Assembly (NCBI GenBank): GCA_040386535.1
Contig: JAZKFH010000025.1
Location: 96,001-160,000 of the forward strand
Direction: 5' to 3'
From: Myxococcota bacterium
GTDB lineage: Bacteria > Myxococcota_A > UBA796 > SXON01
DNA: 64,000 bases
Part shown: piece by piece, positions 36,886 to 48,658 of the stretch
How positions within the stretch are numbered: the stretch's first letter is position 1
How the letters are laid out: each line of letters opens with the position of its first letter
Translations under genes and position numbers: made by a program
The notes under the pieces: generated by a model
Seen by the model: only the letters and a program-made list of their open reading frames with translations
Databases searched by the model: none
What the model was told of the DNA's origin: nothing

Positions 36886-38532
36886 TCAGTGAATATTCGC
36901 CGAGGCCATGCGCTTTCGCGCCGCGTCCATCGCTTCCCCCGAGAGCCCGCCCCGAAGCCGGATGGTCGCGCGACGGGTCTGGCGCGTCTCCACGTCGGTC
37001 ACGTCGACCTCGAGGATCTGGTTGAGGGTGTACCGGTACACCACCTCGATGGGGGTCCCGCGTGGGCGCGGCGGGAGGTCGTCCAGGATGACCTCACCGA
37101 TGACCGTGACCTCGTCCCGCACCTCCCCCACGCCCTCGGTCACCTCGACGCGCACGGCGGTCATGCCGTCGTAGGCATAGGCGAAGCGGCCGCGCTTCTC
37201 GCACGGGAGCGGGGTGAACTGGGGGATGAGCGACACGATGCGCTCGCGCAGCGCGGAGTCCAGGACGACGATGCCGAGCGGGTGGGAGGCCACGTCGGTG
37301 ATGCGGACGCCGGGGAGGCCCGGGCCTTGGCCGTCGACGAGGCCCTGGAGGCCCGAGGGGCTCGGGGATGACCCGGCCGAGGGGAACGAGCGCGCGTCCG
37401 CGGTGGACTCGGGGCGCCCACGCCGGGAGAGCGCCTGGCGATAGGCCTGGATGGCGGGATGTTTGGGGCGATGCCGGAACACCGCGGCCAACGAGGCGCC
37501 GAGGGCGACACACTCGTCCGGGTTGACGCCGGCCACGGGGACCTTGCCCGAGAGGCGTCGGAGCGTCTCCTGGATGACCGGCATGCGCGTGGAGCCGCCC
37601 GCGAGCAGCACGTCGTCGATGTCGCTCCAGCGCATCTTCGCCTTCTCGAGGACGATGGCGCACGTGTCGGCGCACTGCTCCACGAGGTCCTGCGTGATGC
37701 TGTCGAACTCCTCCCGCGTGACCGGCACGACCGTGCGGTGCCCGCGGAAGTTGACCGGGATCACGGCGCGCGGCTTGCTGGACAACGAGATCTTGGCATG
37801 CAGGCAGCGCTCGTAGAGCTCCTGGTAGGGCTGGGGCTCGTCCCGCGGGTCGAGGCCGAACTTCTGGAGGAATTGCTCCGCCACGTGGTTCAAGAGGCGA
37901 TCGTCGAAGTCCTTGCCACCGAGCTCCGCGTTGCCGTCGGTCGCGATGGTGCGGAGCGTGGTGCCGTGGATCTCCATCACGGTCACGTCGAACGTGCCGC
38001 CGCCGAGATCGAACACGAGCAGGTTGCGATCTCCGCCGATCCGCTCGACGCCGTAGGCGATGGCCGCGGCGGTCGGCTCGTTGATGATCGACAACACGTT
38101 GAAGCCCGCCAGCGTGCCGGCCTCGTTGGTCGCGCCGCGCTGCGCGCTGTTGAAGTAGGCGGGCACGGTGATGACCGCGTCGCGCACCTCGAAGCCGAGG
38201 GCCTCCTCGGCGTCGTCCTTCAGCTTGCGGAGGATGATCGCGGACAGCTCTTGCGGCGAGTACGACTTGCCGAAGAACTCGAGAAAGTAGTTCGGCTCGC
38301 CCATGGCCCGCTTGATGAAGCGGACGACGTTCAGCGAGTCGACCACCACCATCTTGACCGCCTCCTCTCCGACGACGCACGCCTCGCGGTCGTAGAAGTG
38401 GATGACCGAGGGGGTGGTGGGCTGACCTTCTCCGTTGGGGAGGATCACGGGCTTGCCGTAACGGTCGACGTACGCCATCGCGGAGAACGTCGTCCCGAGG
38501 TCGATGCCGAGGATGATGCCTTCGTCACTCAT
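36886..38532 (-). CDS. Hsp70-family protein (non-canonical, lidless)
   Basis: GIDLGTT, TVPAYF, NEPTAAA, DLGGGTFD, AGGSTRMP, NPDECVALGA. Confidence 0.93.
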   Translation of the reverse strand: MSDEGIILGIDLGTTFSAMAYVDRYGKPVILPNGEGQPTTPSVIHFYDREACVVGEEAVKMVVVDSLNVVRFIKRAMGEPNYFLEFFGKSYSPQELSAIILRKLKDDAEEALGFEVRDAVITVPAYFNSAQRGATNEAGTLAGFNVLSIINEPTAAAIAYGVERIGGDRNLLVFDLGGGTFDVTVMEIHGTTLRTIATDGNAELGGKDFDDRLLNHVAEQFLQKFGLDPRDEPQPYQELYERCLHAKISLSSKPRAVIPVNFRGHRTVVPVTREEFDSITQDLVEQCADTCAIVLEKAKMRWSDIDDVLLAGGSTRMPVIQETLRRLSGKVPVAGVNPDECVALGASLAAVFRHRPKHPAIQAYRQALSRRGRPESTADARSFPSAGSSPSPSGLQGLVDGQGPGLPGVRITDVASHPLGIVVLDSALRERIVSLIPQFTPLPCEKRGRFAYAYDGMTAVRVEVTEGVGEVRDEVTVIGEVILDDLPPRPRGTPIEVVYRYTLNQILEVDVTDVETRQTRRATIRLRGGLSGEAMDAARKRMASANIH

Positions 38533-38613
38533 GGCGGCCCATCCTACCGCGGCGGGGGCGGGGGTGCCGACGCCACGGCCGCGGACCCGCGCGATGCCCG
38601 GGGAGGCTCGCCG

Positions 38614-39117
38614 TCATTCTTTGGGTTCGTCCGAGTCGGCGCCCGTGCGGTACACAGCGACCTCCTCGGCGCGGAGCAGCCGGTCCCCACGAACGAACCC
38701 GCGCTTCAGAACGGCCTGCACCTTCCAGTCCTCGGACGGCGAGGTGGAGGGGAGGACGCGCACGGCCTTGTGCATGCGCCGATCGAAGCGCGGCGCACCC
38801 TCGCAGGGCACCACGTCGCGTCGGTACAAGAGCTCGAGAAACTCGTCCAGCAGATACTGGAAGCTGTCCGCGACCACCTCGGGGCTCATCTCCTGCTTCT
38901 GCAGGCTCTGCTGGAACCAGTTCAGGCTGTCGTAGAACAGGAGCAGGTCGAGCAGGAACGGCTTCTCCGTCTGGAAGATGAAGTCGTCCTTGTATTGGCG
39001 AAGCTCCTCATACAGCTGGTCGAACGCCTTCTGTTGGACGGCGTCCGTTCGTAGCCGCTCGCGGAAGAGGTCACCGAGCTCCTCCACGCGCTCTTCAAGC
39101 GTGCGGTTCTCCGACAT
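38614..39117 (-). CDS. GrpE-like nucleotide exchange factor
   Basis: Coiled N-terminus; FD..MHKAV...VLKRGF..GDRLLRAEEV. Confidence 0.85.
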   Translation of the reverse strand: MSENRTLEERVEELGDLFRERLRTDAVQQKAFDQLYEELRQYKDDFIFQTEKPFLLDLLLFYDSLNWFQQSLQKQEMSPEVVADSFQYLLDEFLELLYRRDVVPCEGAPRFDRRMHKAVRVLPSTSPSEDWKVQAVLKRGFVRGDRLLRAEEVAVYRTGADSDEPKE

Positions 39118-41115
39118 CTAGTTGCCCCCCAGCTCGGTCGCGAGGTTGATGAACGTCCCCTGTAGCTCGACCGACTCGTTGCAGAAGTGGTAGTCCTCGG
39201 GGCGCGAGGCCAGCGTCCGGAGGAACTCGGGGCGCACCTGGGCGCCGACGCCGATGGTGATGATCCGGCCGCCGCTCGTGCGGATGCGCGTGATCTCCCC
39301 GGTCGTGGCGTCGGGATCGTCGGGATGGCCGTCCGTCAGCACCACGTAGACCCGTTGCACGCCGGCCTTGGACTTCATGAGGTCCCGCGCGGCGGCGAGG
39401 CCCTCCGCCATCGGGGTCGAGCCGATGGGCGTGAGGCCCTCGATCGCCGAGCTGATCCGCTTCACGTCGGCCGTGAGCGGGCAGAGGACGCCGCCGGGGA
39501 AGCCGACCACCGCGATCTGGCGGTTGGGCCCCAGCGAGGCTTCGGCGAACGCGAGCGCGGCCTTGCGCGCCTCGGTGATGTTGCGCCCGTACATCGACCC
39601 CGAACAATCCATCACGAGGACGATGTTCATCGGAGCGCGGTTGCGCGCGAGGTCTTCGAGGGTGACCGCGCCGGCGGCGAGGCGGTGCGCCAGGGTCTGG
39701 CCGGAGTCCAGATCCATCGCCTCGACCTCGACGATGCCGTTGGCGTTGTACCGGAACGTGACGGAGAGGCGGGACCGGGTCGCGGCGCGCGCGGGGATGC
39801 CGTAGAACTCGAAGTGCCCGAGCACGTTGCACTCGAGCGGATCGGTGTTCTCCCCCTGGACGAGCCAGAGGTCCATCGTGGTCTGGCCGTCGTGCGTGGT
39901 GACGTAGTCGTCCCGCGTGCGCTCACAGGGGATGCGGCTGTTCCGCTCGATGATCCGGCTGTTGTAGAGCTTTCCCTCGCGGTAGACCACCATGCCGAGC
40001 GAGTGGGAGGTCACGTCGTGGGTACGGATGTCGACCGGCGGGGCCTCGCCGGACGCGCGGGAGGACTCGATCGCCGCGGTCAGCGCGGCGCCGAGCGCCA
40101 CACACTCGTCGGGGTTGATGTCTGTCGCGGCATCCCGCCCGAACACGCTCCGGATCATCTCCCGGATCATCGGCATGCGCGTGGAGCCGCCGGCGAGCAC
40201 GACAGTGTCGATGTCGTCGACGGTGAGCTTCGCGTCCTCCAGCACGTCGCGCGTGAGGGCCTCGCAGCGGCGCACCATGCCGGAGGCGAGATCCTCGAAC
40301 TTCTCGCGCGTCAGCTCGAGACGCAGGATCTTGCCCTTGTAGTCGTAGAACAGGTTGACGCGCGGACGCTTGGTCAGCGACAGCTTCGCGCTCGTACACT
40401 TCTGGCGAAGGTCGTGGTACGCGGCCAGGTCGTCGAGCGGGTCGATCCCGTGGCGGGCCCGGAATTGGTCGGCGGCGTAGCGGATGAGCCCGTCGTCCCA
40501 ATCCTTGCCGCCGAGCTGATGGTCGCCCGTGGTGGCGAGGACGGTGATCTCACGGCCGTCAATCTTGACGATCGACACGTCGAACGTGCCACCGCCGAGG
40601 TCGAACACCAACAGGCGCTTCTTCTCGTCGGGGTTGGCGAGCCCGTACGCGAACGCGGCGGCGGTGGGCTCGTTGAGCAACGAGAGCACGCGCAGGCCCG
40701 CGTATTCGCCGGCGCGGATGGTGGCGCGGCGCTGCTTGTCTCCGAAGTAGGCCGGCACGGTGATGACGGCCTGGTCGATCCGGTGCCCGAGGCGCAGCTC
40801 CGCGTCATGCTTGAGCTTTGCCAGAATGAAGCCGGACAGACGCTCGGGGGTGTAAACCTCGCCCCGGTACTCGAAGGTGAAGTCCTCGTCGCCCATGTGG
40901 CGCTTGATGAACTCGACCACCTGCTCGGGGTACGCCACCGCCGATTGTTTGGCGTAGGTCCCGATGATCACCTCTTCGCCCTCGAACAGCACCACCGAGG
41001 GGGTGATGCGCTCGCCTTCGGCGTTGTGCAGGATCTCGGGGACGCCGTACTTGTTGACGTGGGCGATGGCCGAGAAGGTGGTCCCGAGGTCGATCCCGAC
41101 CGCACGGGTGGTCAT
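39118..41115 (-). CDS. Hsp70 fused to a C-terminal von Willebrand A domain
   Basis: Full Hsp70 ATPase motifs plus beta-SBD; then DCSGS / GSTPM / LTDG MIDAS motifs. Confidence 0.93.
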   Translation of the reverse strand: MTTRAVGIDLGTTFSAIAHVNKYGVPEILHNAEGERITPSVVLFEGEEVIIGTYAKQSAVAYPEQVVEFIKRHMGDEDFTFEYRGEVYTPERLSGFILAKLKHDAELRLGHRIDQAVITVPAYFGDKQRRATIRAGEYAGLRVLSLLNEPTAAAFAYGLANPDEKKRLLVFDLGGGTFDVSIVKIDGREITVLATTGDHQLGGKDWDDGLIRYAADQFRARHGIDPLDDLAAYHDLRQKCTSAKLSLTKRPRVNLFYDYKGKILRLELTREKFEDLASGMVRRCEALTRDVLEDAKLTVDDIDTVVLAGGSTRMPMIREMIRSVFGRDAATDINPDECVALGAALTAAIESSRASGEAPPVDIRTHDVTSHSLGMVVYREGKLYNSRIIERNSRIPCERTRDDYVTTHDGQTTMDLWLVQGENTDPLECNVLGHFEFYGIPARAATRSRLSVTFRYNANGIVEVEAMDLDSGQTLAHRLAAGAVTLEDLARNRAPMNIVLVMDCSGSMYGRNITEARKAALAFAEASLGPNRQIAVVGFPGGVLCPLTADVKRISSAIEGLTPIGSTPMAEGLAAARDLMKSKAGVQRVYVVLTDGHPDDPDATTGEITRIRTSGGRIITIGVGAQVRPEFLRTLASRPEDYHFCNESVELQGTFINLATELGGN

Positions 41116-41171
41116 CGAGAGGCTCCAATCCGAGCGGTGTCAGGGCAGGTCGTGAACGGCGGGATTCTATG

Positions 41172-41762
41172 TCAGGAAGCCCGCGCCGAAAAGGTGGGCC
41201 GCCACCCGAGCGCGCGCAGGGTGTCGATCACCTCGAGGAGGGGCAGCCCCAGCACGCTGAAGTAGTCCCCGTCGATGGAGGCGATCAGGTGCGCCCCCAA
41301 GCCCTCCACGGCGTAACCTCCCGCGCAGCCCGAGCCCTCTCCGGTCGAGACGTAGGCGTCGATCTCGGCGTCGCTCAGATCCGCGCGAAAGCGCAGGTGG
41401 GCGTGCGACACGAGGCGCTCGACGCGCGTGTCGAGGCGGATGCACACCGCCGTGGTGAGGGTGTGGGTGCGGCCGCGGAGCTGGCGGAGGCGCGCGCGGT
41501 GGTCGTCGGGGTTCTCGGGTTTGCCGAAGGGCTGCCCATCGACATGGGCGACCTGGTCCGCACCGATGACGATGGCGCCCGGCACCTGCACGGCGTTCGC
41601 CTTGGCGTCTGCCCGCGCCACGGCGAGCGAGGGGGGGCTCGGTGCCAGGATTTGGGACTCGTCCACCCCGGGGGAGACGCCGGTGCACACGATGCCGGCG
41701 GCGCGCAGGAGGGCGAGCCGCGCGGGGCTCGTGGAGGCGAGGACGATGGGGAGGTCGGTCAT
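41172..41762 (-). CDS. maf: Maf-family nucleoside triphosphate pyrophosphatase
   Basis: LASTSPAR, IGADQV, GKP, AGGY, VLGLP. Confidence 0.93.
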   Translation of the reverse strand: MTDLPIVLASTSPARLALLRAAGIVCTGVSPGVDESQILAPSPPSLAVARADAKANAVQVPGAIVIGADQVAHVDGQPFGKPENPDDHRARLRQLRGRTHTLTTAVCIRLDTRVERLVSHAHLRFRADLSDAEIDAYVSTGEGSGCAGGYAVEGLGAHLIASIDGDYFSVLGLPLLEVIDTLRALGWRPTFSARAS

Positions 41763-41840
41763 GGCGGCCTTCCTATTACGTCGCGCGGGGGGCGCCGGAT
41801 CGGTCGATCGGGTCGCGGTTGCCGGGATAGGGGAGGGGGG

Positions 41841-42749
41841 ATGTCCGACCTCTCCCAGGAGCTCGCCGCGCTCGTCGCGGACACGTTGGCGGCCGCCGAG
41901 TCGTGGCGCGTGACCGGGGCGTTCCTTGCGCCCACCGGCCCGCTCGCGGGCCTCCCGGCTGCGGAGCCGTGGCCCGCGGGGCCCGCGCCGCGTCTGCCGC
42001 CCCCCCGCCCCGAGCCGGCGCGGTTCGAGCAGGCCCGCGTCGAGCAGCCCCGCGCCGAGGCGTCGCGACCCGAGCCGACCCGCCCGCCGCCGCGCCCGGT
42101 AGAGGCCGCCCGCCCGGCTGTCGCGCCCCGCGTCGAGGCGCCCAGGGCCGTCGCCCCCGCGGTGCGGCCCGTCGAGCCAGCGCCCGCGCCCGCCAGTGGC
42201 GCCGCTCCCAACCTGGCCGGCTTGTTCGGCGCAAAATGGCAACAATCGATCCGGAACCCCGAGGACGACATCACCCAGGCGCTGACGGCTGCGGCCCGAT
42301 GCCCCTCGTGCGGCGCCGAAGCCCCCTCGTTGCGAGGCGCCGGCGCGGCCGAGTCCAAGCTCGCGGTGTTGGCCGCGGGGCCCGACGGGAAGCGCCTCGT
42401 GGGCGAAGCCGGCGTGATGTTCGACAAGATGCTGGTCCACGTCCTCTCGCTCGAGCGCGCCGACGTGTGGGTGCTCGAGGCGAACGCATGCGCCACGGAG
42501 GGCCCCGCGGTGGGCACGTGCCGCGGCGTGCTGCTCCGGCAGCTCGAGATCGTGGGCCCCCGCCTGCTCCTCGCGATGGGCAACCCCGCGGCGGCGATCG
42601 TGGGGGTCTCGGCGGCCGGGCGAGGAGACTGGGCGCGGTGGCGCACGACCGACGTGGTCGCCACCTTCCACCCGGTCGAGCTGGTGGCCCGCCCCGGGGA
42701 GAAGGGCGCCACGATGAAGCACCTCACGACGCTACGGCAGCGGCTCTAG
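41841..42749 (+). CDS. Uracil-DNA glycosylase family 4-like protein with Pro-rich N-terminus
   Basis: CxxC, VGEAG.MFDKML, C...L.RQLEIV.P, ATFHP; GGAGG RBS. Confidence 0.75.
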   Translation: MSDLSQELAALVADTLAAAESWRVTGAFLAPTGPLAGLPAAEPWPAGPAPRLPPPRPEPARFEQARVEQPRAEASRPEPTRPPPRPVEAARPAVAPRVEAPRAVAPAVRPVEPAPAPASGAAPNLAGLFGAKWQQSIRNPEDDITQALTAAARCPSCGAEAPSLRGAGAAESKLAVLAAGPDGKRLVGEAGVMFDKMLVHVLSLERADVWVLEANACATEGPAVGTCRGVLLRQLEIVGPRLLLAMGNPAAAIVGVSAAGRGDWARWRTTDVVATFHPVELVARPGEKGATMKHLTTLRQRL

Positions 42750-42803
42750 GAAGCCGCCGACAGCGGCAGCGAGCCGCCGCTGGAGCTCGGAGCGACGGGC
42801 CTG

Positions 42804-43913
42804 CTACTTGCGCTTCTTGGCGACGCGAACGTCCTGCAGGAGCGCGCCGAGAGTGCCGAAGGTGCCCCCCGTGGTGAGGGCCTCCGCGCGGCGCGGCTGG
42901 TTGTCGGCCGCCACGGTGGTGTCCGACTCCTCGACCTGGCGGATGCCGAGATCGACGCGCTTGCGGTCGAGGTCGATCTGGAGGACGCGCACGCGCACGG
43001 CCTGGCCCTCGGTGACTGCCGACGCCGCGGACTCGACGCGCTTCTTCGAGAGGTTCGGGAGCCGGACCAGGCCCTCGACGCCGGACGAGATGCGCACGAA
43101 CGCGCCGAACTCACGGATGCCGGTCACGACGCCGTCGTAGATCTCGCCCTCGACGATCGTGGTGATCGCGATGTCGGCGGCGGCGCGCGCCTCGATCTCG
43201 GCGATCGCGCGGTGGGAGACCTTGGCCTCGCGCCCGCGCACGTCCAGCACGCGGAACGACAGCGAGCGACCGATGTAGGCGTCGAGATCGGCCTCGGGCT
43301 GGTAGTCGATCTGCGAGTTGGGGCAGAACGCCTTCACGTCGCCCGAGAGCAGGACGATGAAGCCCGCCTCGTTGCGGCTCACGACCTTGCCCTGCACGGG
43401 GATCTTGCTCTCGACGGCGTCGTCGAGGAGGGCGCGCGTGTTGTCGCCGCCCATGCTGCGCGAGAGGCGGATCTCGCCGTCCTTCACGGAGACGACGTAG
43501 GCGTCGAGGATGTCGCCCAGGGCGATCTCGGGCTTGAGCTCGGCGCGCTCGATGCTCGCGTCGGACTTGATGCCGACGCTGACGAAGGCGAGTGTGGGCG
43601 TCAGGCGGGAGATGGCGCCGCGGACCCGCTGGCCCGGCTTCAGGGGGCCGGTGTGCTTCGCGGGGGCGAAGGCGGCCATCATCGCGGCGACCTCGTCGGG
43701 ATCCATCTCGCCGATCGAACGAAGCCCGTCGAAGTCGGTGGTGGCGCGGGGCGCGGGGGGCGGGGCCTCCGGCGCGATCGGGGCGCGCGGGGTCGCGGGC
43801 GCATCGCTGCGGATCCACGCGGTCGGCGACTCGGGGATGGCGTCGACGCCGCCCTCACCGTTGGGATTCTGTGACTTGCGGCGCTGAAATCCGCGCACCC
43901 GTTGCTCGTCCAT
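42804..43913 (-). CDS. S1 RNA-binding multi-domain protein (RpsA-like paralog)
   Basis: Three S1 repeats; AFCPNSQID, FGAFVRI..GVEGLV. Confidence 0.85.
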   Translation of the reverse strand: MDEQRVRGFQRRKSQNPNGEGGVDAIPESPTAWIRSDAPATPRAPIAPEAPPPAPRATTDFDGLRSIGEMDPDEVAAMMAAFAPAKHTGPLKPGQRVRGAISRLTPTLAFVSVGIKSDASIERAELKPEIALGDILDAYVVSVKDGEIRLSRSMGGDNTRALLDDAVESKIPVQGKVVSRNEAGFIVLLSGDVKAFCPNSQIDYQPEADLDAYIGRSLSFRVLDVRGREAKVSHRAIAEIEARAAADIAITTIVEGEIYDGVVTGIREFGAFVRISSGVEGLVRLPNLSKKRVESAASAVTEGQAVRVRVLQIDLDRKRVDLGIRQVEESDTTVAADNQPRRAEALTTGGTFGTLGALLQDVRVAKKRK

Positions 43914-44177
43914 CGAGAAAACTCCGTGGATCGTTCCGACCCGAGCGACGCGGACTATCCCCGCGGGCAGCAAAGCCGCAAGCTGCCGACCGCTCCGGAG
44001 CTTGACGGCTGGGGCTTGTGGACCAGCCGCACCCATCGTACGATCCGCTGCACCGTAACCTTATGTAGTATCCACCGGAGCGCACATGTTGGTAGTTTCG
44101 ATGAAAGAAGCTGGAATTCTCCGCATTGGTGACGTCGATGTGTACATCGGTGAAATCCGAGGCGGGCAGGTGAAAGT

Positions 44178-46524
<2,347 letters not shown>

Positions 46525-46526
46525 TC

Positions 46527-46871
46527 ATGTCCACCCCCGACGGTCTCCTCGTCTCGCTACAAGCCGCCCCCGGCGGTGGAGGCAGCTTCGTGTCCAGCCT
46601 CGTCCTGATGGTGGCCTTCGTCGCCATCTTCTACTTCGTGATGCTCCGCCCCCAGCAGAAGGAGGCCAAGGAGCAGGCCGCGCTGCTCGCCTCCATCCAG
46701 AAGGGGGATCGCGTCATCACCGCCTCCGGCCTCCACGGGAAGGTGCAGGAGGTCAAGGCGGACACGCTGCAGCTCGAGATTGCGCCCACCGTGTTCGTCA
46801 CGGTCGACCGTGAGTCGGTGCGCCGCAAGGTGGACACGACCAAGGTCGAGACCCCGACGAAGGGGGCGTGA
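46527..46871 (+). CDS. yajC: Preprotein translocase subunit YajC
   Basis: IFYF.MLRPQQK, GDRVIT.SGLHG; operon position. Confidence 0.95.
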   Translation: MSTPDGLLVSLQAAPGGGGSFVSSLVLMVAFVAIFYFVMLRPQQKEAKEQAALLASIQKGDRVITASGLHGKVQEVKADTLQLEIAPTVFVTVDRESVRRKVDTTKVETPTKGA

Positions 46872-48649
46872 TGGAAGGCGGTCTGATCGCACGCCTCGTC
46901 GCTTGTGTGGCGGCGGTGCTCCTCGCCGTGTGGCTCCTGCTCCCGACGATCCTCAACTCCGAGGCCTTCATCGGCCCCTCGGTCAAGGCGAACCTGGAGC
47001 TCGAGGCCGAACGCGCCAAGATGGAGGAACCGCCGCCGCTGGAGAAGCCGTTCCCCGCCTACGTGGACTGGCTCCCGAACCTGTTCGTCAACCTCGGGCT
47101 CGATCTGCAAGGCGGCATCGATCTCACGCTCACCGTCGAGGCCGATCAGGCCGTGCTCGCCACCGTCCAGCGTGACGTTGTGCCCGTGAAGACCGCGGCG
47201 GAGAAGGACGGGGTCAAGCTCGCGGACGTGAAGCGGGATCGCCGTCGGCCGGCCCTGTTGATCCTCCCCGGGGAGGGTGTGGGCCTCGACAGTGTGCAGA
47301 GCTTCCTGCGCAAGCGGTTCTCCGCCTACGCGTACGACCACACCGAGACGATCGAGGGCAAGGACTGGCTCGTGTTCGGGCTGACGGAGCAGTCCCAGGA
47401 CGAGATCGCCAAGAACGCGGTGGATCAGGCGCTCGAGACCATCCGGAACCGCATCGACGAGACCGGCGTGAAGGAGCCCTCCATCACGCGCAAGGGCGAG
47501 CGGGACATCGCCATCCAGCTCCCCGGCGAGACCGACGTGGAGAAGGCCGTCGCCATCGTCGGGCAGACCGCGCGCCTCGAGTTCATGCTGGTCGACGAGC
47601 AGGCTGACCCCACCGCCCTCGAGGCGGGGCTCGCCGCCGCCCAGGCGGCGCTCAGCGCCGAAGATTACGCTGACGACCGCCGGCTCTCCGAGTGGCTCAC
47701 GGACAACGGCCACCTCGCGCCGGGCCGCCTCCTCCTCTGGGAGTACGCGAAGGCCAAGGGTGTCGAGACCCGCACGGTCCCCCTCGTCCTCAAGGAGGAG
47801 GTGATCCTCTCCGGCGACGACGTGAACGACGCGCAGACCAGCCCCAACCCGCAGACCGGCGAGTACTACGTCGCGCTCGAGTTCAAGCCCCGCGGTCAGG
47901 CGATCTTCGCCGACGTGACGGGTGAGAACGTCGGGAAGCGGTTCGCCATCGTGCTCGACGACCAGGTCCGCTCGGCCCCGCAGATCCGCGAGCGCATCAA
48001 CGGAACCGCCAGCATCTCCATGGGCGGGCAGAACATCGACGAGCAGATCAAGGAAGCGGGCATGCTCGCGCTGGTCCTGCGGTCGGGCGCCCTGCCCGCG
48101 CCGGTGAGCGTCGGCGAGGTGCGTACCGTCGGTGCATCCCTGGGCGCCCAGGCCATCGACGAGGGGCTCCTCGCCGCCCTTCTCGGCTGCAGCTTCGTGC
48201 TGATCTTCGCCGCCGTCTACTACAAGGTCAGCGGGCTCGTCGCGGACCTCACCCTCGTCATCAACGGGGTGATCCTGGTCGCGATGCTCGCGTTGGCGGG
48301 CGCGACGCTCACGCTGCCGGGCATCTGCGGCATCGCGTTGACGATCGGCATGGCTGTCGACTGCAACATCATCATCTTCGAGCGCATCCGCGAGGAGCTC
48401 CGCGCGGGCAAGTCGATCCGGGCGGCGATCGACGCCGGCTTCGATCGCGCGACCGTCGCGGTGGTCGACAGCAACATCACGACGCTCCTCGCGGGCGTGG
48501 TGCTCTACAGCTACGGCTCGGGCCCCATCAAGGGCTTCGCGGTCACCCTGATGATCGGCATCTTCACGACGTTGTTCACCGGTGTGTTCGTCTCCCGGAC
48601 GCTCATGGACCTGGTCAACCGCGGGCAGCGCGCCCGCATGAGCATCTGA
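46868..48649 (+). CDS. secD: Protein translocase subunit SecD
   Basis: LGLDLQGG, RNRID..GV.EP, LRSGALP, GMAVD.N..IFERIREE. Confidence 0.97.
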   Translation: MMEGGLIARLVACVAAVLLAVWLLLPTILNSEAFIGPSVKANLELEAERAKMEEPPPLEKPFPAYVDWLPNLFVNLGLDLQGGIDLTLTVEADQAVLATVQRDVVPVKTAAEKDGVKLADVKRDRRRPALLILPGEGVGLDSVQSFLRKRFSAYAYDHTETIEGKDWLVFGLTEQSQDEIAKNAVDQALETIRNRIDETGVKEPSITRKGERDIAIQLPGETDVEKAVAIVGQTARLEFMLVDEQADPTALEAGLAAAQAALSAEDYADDRRLSEWLTDNGHLAPGRLLLWEYAKAKGVETRTVPLVLKEEVILSGDDVNDAQTSPNPQTGEYYVALEFKPRGQAIFADVTGENVGKRFAIVLDDQVRSAPQIRERINGTASISMGGQNIDEQIKEAGMLALVLRSGALPAPVSVGEVRTVGASLGAQAIDEGLLAALLGCSFVLIFAAVYYKVSGLVADLTLVINGVILVAMLALAGATLTLPGICGIALTIGMAVDCNIIIFERIREELRAGKSIRAAIDAGFDRATVAVVDSNITTLLAGVVLYSYGSGPIKGFAVTLMIGIFTTLFTGVFVSRTLMDLVNRGQRARMSI

Positions 48650-48658
48650 GGTGCGCCC

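Noticed and set aside
36886..41115. Canonical dnaK-grpE heat-shock operon
   Set aside because: Both Hsp70s lack the DnaK linker and lid, and no canonical DnaJ or HrcA is present, so no dnaK/grpE symbols were assigned
42804..43913. Main ribosomal protein S1 (rpsA)
   Set aside because: Only about three S1 repeats plus a disordered N-terminus; more likely a paralog
43960..44030. GCAAAGCC plus hairpins upstream of csrA, resembling a c-di-GMP-I riboswitch
   Set aside because: The preceding GGCAAA-stem-GNRA element is missing and the second stem does not fit; a covariance-model search would be needed
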